Shown here piece after piece: positions 25,761-35,407 of a stretch of 64,000 nucleotides of DNA. This DNA is from Trichormus sp. ATA11-4-KO1 (lineage in GTDB: Bacteria > Cyanobacteriota > Cyanobacteriia > Cyanobacteriales > Nostocaceae). Every line of letters begins with the position of its first letter. Positions within the stretch are counted from its first letter, which is position 1. The translations under genes were made by a program, and so were the position numbers. Where the stretch lies: assembly GCA_019358915.1 (NCBI GenBank), contig JAHHIM010000022.1, forward strand, positions 1-64,000, read 5' to 3'. The notes beneath the pieces were generated by a model. It ran no database searches. It was not told where the DNA came from and saw only the letters and a program-made list of their open reading frames with translations.

Positions 25761-26765
25761 ATGACAAGTAAGCCGGAACGCGTGGTATTGATTGGAGTAG
25801 CCGGAGACTCCGGGTGCGGTAAATCTACGTTTTTGCGTCGTTTAATAGATTTATTTGGTGAAGAGTTCATGACAGTCATCTGTTTAGATGACTATCATTC
25901 CCTAGATCGCAAACAGCGTAAAGAGACTGGAATCACTGCACTTGACCCCAGGGCAAACAATTTTGACCTGATGTATGAGCAAATTAAAGCGCTCAAGGAA
26001 GGTCAAGCAATTGATAAGCCGATTTACAACCACGAAACCGGCATGATTGATCCGCCAGAGCGCGTGGAGCCAAATCACATTGTCGTAGTTGAAGGACTGC
26101 ATCCTTTATATGATGAGCGTGTGCGATCGCTGCTTGATTTCAGTGTCTATTTCGACATCAGCGATGAAGTTAAAATTGCCTGGAAAATCCAGCGAGACAT
26201 GGCAGAAAGAGGTCATCGCTATGAAGATGTCTTAGCTCAAATCAATTCTCGTAAACCTGATTTTGAAAAGTTCATTGAACCACAAAGAGAATTTGCTGAT
26301 GTAGTTCTCCAGGTATTGCCCACAAACTTAATCAAAAACGATACAGAGCGCAAAGTCCTGCGGGTACGTATGCTGCAACGTGAAGGTAAGGAAGGCTATG
26401 AACCAACTTACCTATTTGATGAAGGCTCGACAATTCACTGGACTCCTTGCGGGCGCAAATTAACCTGTTCTTACCCTGGTATGCAACTGTACTATGGTTC
26501 AGATGTCTACTACGGTCGCTACGTCTCAGTATTAGAGGTAGACGGTCAATTTGATAACCTGGAAGAAATTATTTACATCGAAACTCATCTCAGTAAAACA
26601 TCCACCAAATACGATGGTGAAATGACTCACTTGTTACTTCAACACCGTGAGTATCCAGGTTCCAACAATGGGACTGGTTTGTTCCAAGTGCTGACAGGTT
26701 TGAAAATGCGCGCTACTTACGAGCGGTTGACAGCAAAGGAAGCAAAATTAGCAGTTCAAGTTTAA
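25761..26765 (+). CDS. prk: Phosphoribulokinase
   Basis: GDSGCGKST P-loop, CLDDYHSLDR, DMAERGH. Confidence 0.98.
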   Translation: MTSKPERVVLIGVAGDSGCGKSTFLRRLIDLFGEEFMTVICLDDYHSLDRKQRKETGITALDPRANNFDLMYEQIKALKEGQAIDKPIYNHETGMIDPPERVEPNHIVVVEGLHPLYDERVRSLLDFSVYFDISDEVKIAWKIQRDMAERGHRYEDVLAQINSRKPDFEKFIEPQREFADVVLQVLPTNLIKNDTERKVLRVRMLQREGKEGYEPTYLFDEGSTIHWTPCGRKLTCSYPGMQLYYGSDVYYGRYVSVLEVDGQFDNLEEIIYIETHLSKTSTKYDGEMTHLLLQHREYPGSNNGTGLFQVLTGLKMRATYERLTAKEAKLAVQV

Positions 26766-26792
26766 GCAAACAGTGTTTGTGTCAAAGCTTTT

Positions 26793-26822
26793 GGGGGTGC
26801 TTCTGGGTGTCCCCCTTTTTTA
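26793..26822 (+). terminator. Rho-independent terminator after prk
   Basis: GGGGG...CCCCC stem followed by a T-run. Confidence 0.65.
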
Positions 26823-27012
26823 TACCAAAAATCATCATGCAACTCATTAAATCTTATTATTTTAACTGATTACTTAATTTCCATAAATGACTTTTTAAGA
26901 AATACTCACTACTGAGCATGTAAATATTGTTATGATTTCAGAAATTAGTAGCTGAACTAAATAAATATCCAAAATTTAGCCAGCGACAATACTTCAAAAG
27001 GAGGAAACCTCT

Positions 27013-28275
27013 TTGTCTCGTCGCTATTTATTTACCTCCGAATCAGTTACCGAAGGTCATCCAGATAAAATTTGCGATCAGATTTCTGATACTATTCTTG
27101 ATGCCTTACTGACAGAAGATCCCAGCAGTCGTGTGGCGGCTGAAGTAGTAGTTAATACTGGTTTGGTGCTAATTACTGGTGAAATTACCAGTAAAGCTAA
27201 TGTAAACTACGTCAACCTTGCGCGCAAAAAAATAGCGGAAATTGGCTATTTAGATGCTGTTAATGGATTTTCTGCGAGCAGTACCAGTGTTATCGTAGCT
27301 TTAGATGAACAATCACCCGATATCGCCCAAGGTGTTAACACCGCTCAAGAAACACGTCAGCAGAATAGTGATGAATTATTCGACGCAATTGGCGCGGGTG
27401 ATCAAGGTATAATGTTTGGCTTTGCTTGTAACGAAACACCAGAATTGATGCCTTTACCCATCAGTCTCGCCCACCGTATTGCTCGCAGACTGGCAGTAGT
27501 CCGCAAAACAGGCAAGTTGTCATACTTACGCCCCGATGGCAAAACTCAAGTAACTGTTGCCTACGAAGACGGGTATCCGGTAGGTATTGATACGATTCTG
27601 ATTTCTACTCAACACACAGAGAGTATTGGGGAAATCACTGATGAAGCTGCGGTACAGGCTAAAATTAAACAAGACCTTTGGTCAATGGTAGTCGAACCTG
27701 TATTTGGCGACATAGATATTAAACCGAGTCAAGAGACACGTTTTTTAGTTAACCCCACTGGCAAATTCGTCATTGGTGGACCCCAAGGAGACTCGGGATT
27801 GACAGGACGGAAAATTATTGTTGATACCTACGGTGGTTATTCACGGCATGGCGGCGGCGCTTTTTCCGGTAAAGATCCCACTAAGGTAGACCGTTCTGCC
27901 GCTTATGCTGCTCGCTATGTAGCCAAAAATATTGTCGCTGCGGGGTTAGCCCAAAAGTGTGAAGTTCAGCTAAGTTATGCCATTGGTGTAGCGCGTCCAG
28001 TGAGCATTTTCCTCGATACCTTTGGTACTGGCAAAGTAGATGATGAAACTTTACTGGAAGTAGTCAAACAGAACTTTGAACTACGTCCAGCAGGGATTAT
28101 CCATGTTTTCAATTTAAGCAACCTACCAAGTGAAAGAGGCGGACGTTTTTATCAGGACGTCGCGGCTTACGGTCATTTGGGGCGCAATGATTTAGATTTG
28201 CCCTGGGAACACACCGATAAGGCTGAATTGTTGAAAGAATTAGTCAATCAGTCGCTGGCGGCAGCGATCGCTTAG
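27013..28275 (+). CDS. metK: S-adenosylmethionine synthetase
   Basis: [36 protein letters not shown] start after GAGG RBS. Confidence 0.98.
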   Translation: MSRRYLFTSESVTEGHPDKICDQISDTILDALLTEDPSSRVAAEVVVNTGLVLITGEITSKANVNYVNLARKKIAEIGYLDAVNGFSASSTSVIVALDEQSPDIAQGVNTAQETRQQNSDELFDAIGAGDQGIMFGFACNETPELMPLPISLAHRIARRLAVVRKTGKLSYLRPDGKTQVTVAYEDGYPVGIDTILISTQHTESIGEITDEAAVQAKIKQDLWSMVVEPVFGDIDIKPSQETRFLVNPTGKFVIGGPQGDSGLTGRKIIVDTYGGYSRHGGGAFSGKDPTKVDRSAAYAARYVAKNIVAAGLAQKCEVQLSYAIGVARPVSIFLDTFGTGKVDDETLLEVVKQNFELRPAGIIHVFNLSNLPSERGGRFYQDVAAYGHLGRNDLDLPWEHTDKAELLKELVNQSLAAAIA

Positions 28276-29021
28276 ATACTAAATTAAACCTCAGCCGATC
28301 AGGAACTGGGTAAAATTATTTCTCACACCCCATATCCAGTTCCACTGAATTGAAATATTCAGCAAAGAAGCTGCGATAGAAAGCTCCCTCTGCTTTTATG
28401 GTGTCAAAATAAATACTAGGCAGAGGGTTTTCATCAAAAGTTACTTAAATATCACCGTAAATATAAGTTTTGCTCTTTGATTTATTCAGCCTATGGGTTA
28501 ATTTCCAGAGAAGTCTATTCAAAAATCCGCTAACTGCCCAACATCAGGCGAATACTCAAAGGAAAATTATTTGAGCATCAGACCAATTGATGATAAAATC
28601 CCTATTGACCTAGGACGTATGTCAAAATATAGTGGCTTTCATGTTTCTAGCCCCAAGAAACTCAAAGATGTTATTATGTGAACCCTATGTGTAGATTCCT
28701 AAGACTAAGATTAGGATAGGTTAACATACAGCCAATGGTTAAAACATCACCATAATTAACTGGGCATAAGAATAGTGGTGAAAAAGACAAGCTTTTAAAA
28801 GACATTTGCTACTCAGGGTTTTGTGGCTTCTACTGTGCATCTGTGTAAACATTCATATCCAAAGTAACTAAATATTAAAGTACTCATGAAAATCATCTAG
28901 TCAGCAATTTTTTGAGTTTTTTATCAAAGAAGATAACGCTAAATGTTAATCATCAATCAATTTGATCGTACCAACAAGACTGATGCGATCATATTTGCGG
29001 GAGGGTAAGGAGGTTTGAGGA

Positions 29022-30746
29022 ATGCAAACTCAAAAGCCAGTCCCTGTTGAAAGCAGTCCAGACAGCAAAAAAGTGCCAACAGAAGAGCCTTCAATAGACG
29101 AACTCCCGACCATAGAATTTCCCTCACGAGGGAAACTCAAAGCCAGTTCCTGGCGCATACATCAAAAAATTGGCTATGGATATTTTGTGGCCATCGGGAT
29201 TGGCTTTTTTGGCTCGCTTACTGGGTTAGTAATCGCCAATTACTACCGAGGCAGAGAAATCAGGCAATTTAATCAAGCCCAGGAACAAAGACAACTACTC
29301 ACAAATTATAAAGATGCGGTATTGGGAGCGCAATTGCATAGCTCCAATTTAGTTGCAGTCTTGGAAAATTCACAACGACTGCCAAATAAAAAAGTTAAAT
29401 TTCTCCAGAGTGTGAACACAGCTAAAAATTTGGAGAAAGAAATTACCAAATATATAGACAGGAATCCTAGCCGATTAGCGGCAACAAGTGCTAATTTACA
29501 AGCTTTATTGCAAGATTATGGATTTAGTTTAAAATCATACGTTGACCAAATAGAAGCTGTTTTACAAGAAATCGACTCTCAGCAAGTGCAGCCAGAAAAG
29601 GTTGACATCGCTAGGGAGCAGTTACTTAAAATTATGCGTGGTGAAACAGCCATGCAACTAGACCAACTCTCGCAAAAATTGACAAATATCCTGCAAACTG
29701 CCGAACGTCAAGAAGAAGCAAGGCAACAAGATGTAGAACAGGCCAAAGGAGTTGAAAGATTTATTGTCATGATGAGTATGCTGGTGTCAGTAGCCATCGC
29801 CGCCATTGTCGCATGGCGAACCAGTCGCGCGATCGCTGAACCAGTAATTACTGTCACCCAAGTTGCTGAACAAGTCGCAAGAAAATCTAATTTTGATTTG
29901 CGCGCTCCTGTCACTACTGAAGATGAAATTGGCTTATTAGCAAAATCGCTTAATCGTCTGATTGAGCGGGTATCGGAGCGGACTAAAGAACTAGAACAAG
30001 CCAAAGAACTAGCAGAAGCAGCTAGCAAAGCAAAAAGTGTATTTCTGGCAAATGTCAGCCACGAGTTACGCACACCATTAAATGCGGTTATCGGCTTGAG
30101 TCAACTGCTACAAGACGACGCTACCGATTTAGATTTGTCGGGAGACTTCATCACTGACTTAGAAACCATCAACTCTGCTGGTAGACATCTACTGGAGTTG
30201 ATTAACGACATCCTCGACTTATCAAAAATTGAAGCGGGGAAAATGACTCTCTATCCAGAAACATTTGCGATCGCCACACTAATTAATAATGTAGTTTTAA
30301 CGGTCAAATCTGCTATAGACAAAAATGGCAACGTTCTAGAAGTTCATTGCGAAGAACAACTTGGTACAATGTATGCAGATCAAACTAGGATGCGGCAAGT
30401 GTTATTAAATTTACTCAGCAACGCCGCCAAGTTTACCACCAATGGCAAGATTAGCTTAACAGTGAAGAGTGAAAAGACAGACCTACTACCAAATGCGCCT
30501 TTGGGTGTAATTAGCTTCACCGTGGCTGACACAGGTATTGGTATGTCTATTAGCCAACAGCAACAGCTATTTAAACCCTTTACACAAGGTGATACATCAA
30601 CCACAAAACGATATGGTGGTACTGGGTTGGGGTTAGCAATTAGCCGCCACTTTTGCCAGATGATGGGTGGTGAAATTATGGTTAAAAGTCAGCTTGGAGT
30701 TGGGTCTACTTTTACTGTTCACTTGCCATTGACTGTGCAAGAGTGA
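29022..30746 (+). CDS. Sensor histidine kinase (2 TM, HAMP, HisKA, HATPase)
   Basis: SHELRTPL H-box, [23 protein letters not shown]; no receiver domain. Confidence 0.95.
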   Translation: MQTQKPVPVESSPDSKKVPTEEPSIDELPTIEFPSRGKLKASSWRIHQKIGYGYFVAIGIGFFGSLTGLVIANYYRGREIRQFNQAQEQRQLLTNYKDAVLGAQLHSSNLVAVLENSQRLPNKKVKFLQSVNTAKNLEKEITKYIDRNPSRLAATSANLQALLQDYGFSLKSYVDQIEAVLQEIDSQQVQPEKVDIAREQLLKIMRGETAMQLDQLSQKLTNILQTAERQEEARQQDVEQAKGVERFIVMMSMLVSVAIAAIVAWRTSRAIAEPVITVTQVAEQVARKSNFDLRAPVTTEDEIGLLAKSLNRLIERVSERTKELEQAKELAEAASKAKSVFLANVSHELRTPLNAVIGLSQLLQDDATDLDLSGDFITDLETINSAGRHLLELINDILDLSKIEAGKMTLYPETFAIATLINNVVLTVKSAIDKNGNVLEVHCEEQLGTMYADQTRMRQVLLNLLSNAAKFTTNGKISLTVKSEKTDLLPNAPLGVISFTVADTGIGMSISQQQQLFKPFTQGDTSTTKRYGGTGLGLAISRHFCQMMGGEIMVKSQLGVGSTFTVHLPLTVQE

Positions 30747-30875
30747 TGGGGAAACGGGGAGAAAATTTAATTCTTAATGCCCAATACCTAGTCGTTTTTA
30801 ATTAATCTAGAATTGTATTCGTTAATTGCGATACTCTCAAAGGAGCGATTATTTGCTCAGTCGCCTTGACTATCC

Positions 30876-33197
30876 ATGACAACCACCATTGATTTCCTCA
30901 GTCACCTTAACCCCAGCCAGCGTCAAGCCGTTGAACATTACTGCGGCCCTTTGTTAGTTGTTGCTGGCGCAGGTTCCGGTAAAACGCGAGCGCTGACTTA
31001 TCGCATTGCGAATTTAATTCTCACACACCGTGTTGATCCAGAAAATATCCTAGCGGTGACCTTCACCAACAAAGCCGCGCGGGAGATGAAGGAACGGATT
31101 CAAAAATTATTTGCGGAACAATTGGCCATGAAAGAACATGGTCAACGGTTTGATTTACTGACAGAATACCAACAAACGCAATTGAGATCGCAAGTCTACA
31201 AAAACACTATCAAAGACTTGTGGTGTGGCACTTTTCACAGTTTATTTTCGCGGATTCTCCGGTTTGATATTGAAAAATATCAAGATGAAAAAGGACGGCG
31301 GTGGAATCGCAATTTTTCTATTTTTGATGAATCGGATGTCCAAAGTTTAATTAAAGATATCGTCACCAAACAGTTAAATTTAGACGATAAAAAATTTGAT
31401 GCCCGTTCTGTGCGCTACGCTATCAGTAACGCTAAAAACCAAGGATTCTCGCCCCAAGACTTCGAGCGAGAACAACCCAATTATCGGGGAAGAGTAATAG
31501 CTAATGTTTATGACGTATATCAAGCTAGGTTAGCCGAAAATAATGCCCTCGACTTTGATGATTTGATTCTGGTTCCTACAAGATTATTTCAGCAAAACGA
31601 GCAGGTTTTAGGTTACTGGCATCGCAAATTTGGGCATATTCTTGTAGATGAATATCAAGATACCAACCGTACTCAATATGATTTAATTCGCTTGTTAGTA
31701 ACCAATGGCGAAGATAGAAAGAGTGAATGGGAATGGCGCAATCGTTCAGTTTTTGTTGTGGGTGATGCTGACCAGTCTATTTACAGTTTTAGGATGGCAG
31801 ACTTTACTATTTTGCTGGAATTTCAGCAAGACTTTGGCGATGGTTTGCCAGATGCAGACACCCGTACAATGGTGAAGCTAGAGGAAAATTATCGCTCTTG
31901 TGAAAATATTTTGCAAGCAGCTAATGAATTAATTGAAAATAACACCCAACGGATTGATAAAATCCTTAAACCCACACGGGGTGAGGGTGAACAGATTTAT
32001 TGTCACAAAGCAGATGATGAATTAGACGAAGCCGATTTTGTGATTCGGCAAATTAAGACTTTGGAACACCAAAACCCAGAGTTAGATTGGGGTAGTTTTG
32101 CCATACTTTATCGTACCAACGCCCAATCACGCCCTTTTGAAGAACTGTTGGTGAGGAATCAAATTCCTTATACAGTTGTAGGCGGAATGAAATTTTATGA
32201 TCGCAAAGAAATTAAAGATGTCATAGCTTATTTAAGAGCGATCGCTAATCCCTCAGATACAGTCAGTATATTACGAGTTATTAATACTCCTCGGCGAGGA
32301 ATAGGTAAAGCTACCATCGACAATTTGGTGAATGCTTCCCAGCAATTAAGCACAACGCTGTGGGAAATTATTAGCGATGAGACATCAGTAAATACATTAG
32401 CTGGACGTTCCGCAAAAGCTGTGAATAACTTTGCAGCCATGATTCGCAATTGCCAAGAACAAATTGCTACAGTTTCAGTTTCCGAGTTACTGATGGGACT
32501 TTTAGACGAATCTGGTTACATTCAAGACTTGCAAAATCAAGGTACAGATGAAGCCGAAGACCGCATCCAAAACGTCCAGGAACTTTACAACGCCACACTA
32601 CAATTTCAAGAAGAGAACGAAGATGTCTCCCTTCCCGCCTTTTTGCAAAGTACCGCCCTTAGTTCTGATTTAGATAACTTAAAAGAAGGACAAACAGCTG
32701 TATCTTTAATGACATTGCACTCTTCTAAAGGGTTAGAATTTCCCGTAGTGTTTTTGGTGGGGTTAGAACAGGGACTATTTCCCAATTACCGTTCTATGAA
32801 TGACCCAGCATCCTTGGAAGAAGAACGCCGTTTGTGTTACGTCGGTATTACTCGCGCCCAAGAAAGATTGTATTTATCTTTCGCCCGTGAACGTCGTTTA
32901 TATGGTTCTCGTGAACCCGCCATGCGATCGCAATTTCTCGACGAACTACCTGAAGAATTATTAAACACTCGAAAAGTCCGTCATCCACAGACCAAAACTG
33001 CGGCTAAAGCTGGCGGTAAGCCCTATACACCCCAAAACTGGCAAGTAGGCGATCGCGTCTTACATAAAGCTTTTGGTATCGGTGAAATTACGCACGTCTT
33101 TGGTGAAGGTAATAAAGTATCTGTAGCAATTAAATTTGCTAGTTTGGGGCAAAAAATTGTTGACCCCAGAGTAGCGCAGTTACAAAGAGTGGAGTAA
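30876..33197 (+). CDS. pcrA: ATP-dependent DNA helicase PcrA/UvrD
   Basis: AGAGSGKT, TFTNKAA, VDEYQD, GDADQSIY, EEERRLCYVGITRA. Confidence 0.97.
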   Translation: MTTTIDFLSHLNPSQRQAVEHYCGPLLVVAGAGSGKTRALTYRIANLILTHRVDPENILAVTFTNKAAREMKERIQKLFAEQLAMKEHGQRFDLLTEYQQTQLRSQVYKNTIKDLWCGTFHSLFSRILRFDIEKYQDEKGRRWNRNFSIFDESDVQSLIKDIVTKQLNLDDKKFDARSVRYAISNAKNQGFSPQDFEREQPNYRGRVIANVYDVYQARLAENNALDFDDLILVPTRLFQQNEQVLGYWHRKFGHILVDEYQDTNRTQYDLIRLLVTNGEDRKSEWEWRNRSVFVVGDADQSIYSFRMADFTILLEFQQDFGDGLPDADTRTMVKLEENYRSCENILQAANELIENNTQRIDKILKPTRGEGEQIYCHKADDELDEADFVIRQIKTLEHQNPELDWGSFAILYRTNAQSRPFEELLVRNQIPYTVVGGMKFYDRKEIKDVIAYLRAIANPSDTVSILRVINTPRRGIGKATIDNLVNASQQLSTTLWEIISDETSVNTLAGRSAKAVNNFAAMIRNCQEQIATVSVSELLMGLLDESGYIQDLQNQGTDEAEDRIQNVQELYNATLQFQEENEDVSLPAFLQSTALSSDLDNLKEGQTAVSLMTLHSSKGLEFPVVFLVGLEQGLFPNYRSMNDPASLEEERRLCYVGITRAQERLYLSFARERRLYGSREPAMRSQFLDELPEELLNTRKVRHPQTKTAAKAGGKPYTPQNWQVGDRVLHKAFGIGEITHVFGEGNKVSVAIKFASLGQKIVDPRVAQLQRVE

Positions 33198-33209
33198 TTG
33201 CTAAAAAAC

Positions 33210-33506
33210 TTAAGCTAATTCTACTTCTTCAAAGTGTTCAACAGTGGGAAATGGCTCATAGAAATGATGCAGCAATTTTTTCCACTCTTGATACTCAGCA
33301 GAGCCTCTAAATCCCACAGTATGAGCTTCTAAACTCTCCCATTTGACAAGTAACAAATATTTACTTTGAGCTTCTATGCATCGATGAAGTTCATGTGATA
33401 TATATCCGTTAGTTCTTGAGATAATACTAGAAGCTTTTTTAAAAGCAGATTCAAAATCATCTTCCAGTCCAGGTTTGATATTCAGCATCACTGCCTCTAA
33501 AATCAT
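33210..33506 (-). CDS. Antibiotic biosynthesis monooxygenase (ABM) family protein
   Basis: IKPG...FE, GYISHELHR, VKWESLEAH..GFRGS pattern. Confidence 0.88.
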   Translation of the reverse strand: MILEAVMLNIKPGLEDDFESAFKKASSIISRTNGYISHELHRCIEAQSKYLLLVKWESLEAHTVGFRGSAEYQEWKKLLHHFYEPFPTVEHFEEVELA

Positions 33507-33641
33507 AAACTTTTTCTTGAGTCCAGTTGATGTGATTTACTATAATGCGATCGCTGCTCTCTTAACTCAACTAAAAATAATTCTTGAGTAAATAGATAAT
33601 TACAGTACAAAATGGCGCAGTTCTGGATGAATACATCTGCT

Positions 33642-33672
33642 TTGACAAATTCTGAAGCAGGGGTTTTATAAT
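33642..33672 (+). promoter_or_regulatory. Sigma70-type promoter of the mini-array cassette
   Basis: Perfect TTGACA (33642-33647) and TATAAT (33667-33672) with 19-nt spacing; CTGCTT/AAGCAG dyad at 33637-33660 overlaps the -35 box. Confidence 0.65.
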
Positions 33673-33674
33673 GA

Positions 33675-33789
33675 AGATTGTCAAGATATAATCCCTATTA
33701 GGGATTGAAACTCCTAAAATTTGTAGAACGACTAACCAATTTCCACTAGGAAATTAACAAATTCAAAAATCCCCACAAGGGATTGAAAC
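33675..33789 (+). CRISPR. Orphan degenerate CRISPR mini-array (2 repeats, one 41-nt spacer)
   Basis: R1 ...AATCCCTATTAGGGATTGAAAC ends at 33711; R2 ATTAACAAATTCAAAAATCCCCACAAGGGATTGAAAC at 33753-33789; both keep the AATCCC/GGGATT stem and ATTGAAAC 3' end typical of 37-nt cyanobacterial (type I-D-associated) repeats; no cas genes in window. Confidence 0.8.
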
Positions 33790-33790
33790 T

Positions 33791-34099
33791 ATGCTAAGTG
33801 TCACAAAACCAAACTTTGGATTACGGATAAGGAACAGCATCGCCCCCAAAGAAAACGAGCAAATGAGGGCGATCGTTTATAGTATGGACTTGCTAATCCC
33901 TGGTTTATATGTGTGGCTCCCAGGATTTAATATTCGGATTGGCGGAAGTATTCCTGATGATTTACCTTACAAGTATCCTGGTAAAATTCACAGCCCGGCT
34001 GGCATTGCTTTAGTATTACCTGGATACAAGATATTGACTACGTATCAGGGAACCTATGACCCTAGAGAAGCACCAAATACAAGGAATACCTCAATTTAA
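33791..34099 (+). CDS. Hypothetical protein directly downstream of CRISPR-like repeat
   Basis: 102-aa ORF with ATG 1 nt after R2; alternative start at 33863; no recognised family. Confidence 0.65.
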   Translation: MLSVTKPNFGLRIRNSIAPKENEQMRAIVYSMDLLIPGLYVWLPGFNIRIGGSIPDDLPYKYPGKIHSPAGIALVLPGYKILTTYQGTYDPREAPNTRNTSI

Positions 34100-34283
34100 A
34101 TGTAAGGTCATAGACTCCAGTCAATTTGAAGAAATGATGCAAAAAGCTGGTTACTTCATAGCGGGAAGTGCTTCAGCACAAGGTAACAGGATTAAAGTTT
34201 GGTGGATGCATCTTGAATATCAAAGAGTTGAATCAATATACAGTCAAGACAAAACAAAAGTTATAACGGCGTATCACGTTTAG
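34056..34283 (+). CDS. Small hypothetical protein, possibly RNase-toxin-like
   Basis: 75-aa ORF overlapping the upstream ORF by 44 nt; helix then beta-strand pattern ending KVITAYHV; function is inference. Confidence 0.65.
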   Translation: MTLEKHQIQGIPQFKCKVIDSSQFEEMMQKAGYFIAGSASAQGNRIKVWWMHLEYQRVESIYSQDKTKVITAYHV

Positions 34284-34319
34284 TACTGCTTCAATCTTTT
34301 ATTTGAATGCAATGTATTT

Positions 34320-34340
34320 GGTGGGCAAATGCCCACCCTA
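34320..34340. repeat. Partial REP-like palindrome GGTGGGCAAATGCCCACC
   Basis: Matches the core of 23173-23197; lies between convergent genes. Confidence 0.7.
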
Positions 34341-34353
34341 GTTTTAACTAAAC

Positions 34354-35268
34354 TTAAACAGACTGAAACTTAATTACGCCTTTGTCGAAAATCTTTTTAT
34401 CAGTGCCCATTGTGCTGACTTCAATTCTATCGGGATATACTTCATAAGCAGCAAAAGCCAACCTTTCAGCAGCATGTTCTGTCCACTCAGAACGCCCCAC
34501 AGGACGAACACCTGCACCACTACCAGTTGTTAAATAAGTTGTGCCTTCAATAGCACGAGTACGCTCATAATTATGGTCATGGCCATTGATATAAAGTTGC
34601 ACATTGTACTTTTTAAATAAAGGTACAAAGCGTTTAATTAATGCTTGGCTAACTCCATAGTGTCCCGATGAATAAAACGGGTCATGTCCAAATACTACTT
34701 TCCACGGTGCATCACTGCGGCTTAATTCTTGGTCTAACCAAACTGCTTGTTTCTCCCAATCAGCATTACGGTTAGTATCTAAAGCAAAAAATTGTACTGC
34801 GTCACGGCGAAATGTGTAATAACGTCCCTTCATGTTAAAGCCGGGATATTTGACTTGTGGGTCACCATTCTCAGTGCGAATGTCATGATTTCCTAAACAA
34901 GCGTGAAATTTGACATTCTGAGACAGTAAATTTTCATAGGGACGCTCAAAAACGGCACCTATTTTTTCAATTTCGCCATCGTTGTAAATATTATCTCCAG
35001 CTAAAACTACTAAATCATAGGGATTTCGCTGGTGATGAAAATTCATCGCCTCAGCCACAGCATATTGTCCTTTAGCACCAGTTCCTGTATCTGCAACAGA
35101 AACAAAACGCAATAGCAAGTCATTTTTGGCTGGGGTGGCGGCTATAACTGCTGAATCAGCAACATTAGCAATTTGGCCATTTTGTCGAGTTAGTGTCCAA
35201 CCGAGAAGTCCTGTACCAAGAGTACCAAGACTACCTAAAAATAGAAATTGACGGCGTTTCAGGTTCAT
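34354..35268 (-). CDS. Tat-exported metallophosphoesterase (purple acid phosphatase-like)
   Basis: KRRQFL twin-arginine signal; ADTG, GDNIY, GNHD, GHDH motifs. Confidence 0.93.
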   Translation of the reverse strand: MNLKRRQFLFLGSLGTLGTGLLGWTLTRQNGQIANVADSAVIAATPAKNDLLLRFVSVADTGTGAKGQYAVAEAMNFHHQRNPYDLVVLAGDNIYNDGEIEKIGAVFERPYENLLSQNVKFHACLGNHDIRTENGDPQVKYPGFNMKGRYYTFRRDAVQFFALDTNRNADWEKQAVWLDQELSRSDAPWKVVFGHDPFYSSGHYGVSQALIKRFVPLFKKYNVQLYINGHDHNYERTRAIEGTTYLTTGSGAGVRPVGRSEWTEHAAERLAFAAYEVYPDRIEVSTMGTDKKIFDKGVIKFQSV

Positions 35269-35407
35269 AAACTCACCAAAACTCAATAACTAGTCAGTTT
35301 AGCCGAAGAAGCAATGAGCATTGAAATGATACATTAGGGCAAAAGAGGCAGCAGCAGCAAAAATGCTAGTTATTTGTCTTTGATTCGCTGCTTTTGGTGA
35401 AAGTTCC

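Noticed and set aside
33641..33657. Spacer pairing with the cassette's own -35 region (shared AATTTGT on the minus strand)
   Set aside because: Only 7 contiguous nt match and spacer positions 1-4 mismatch, so not a credible seed; could be rechecked computationally.
33675..33789. Complete adaptive CRISPR-Cas immunity locus
   Set aside because: Only two non-identical repeats and no cas genes in the window.
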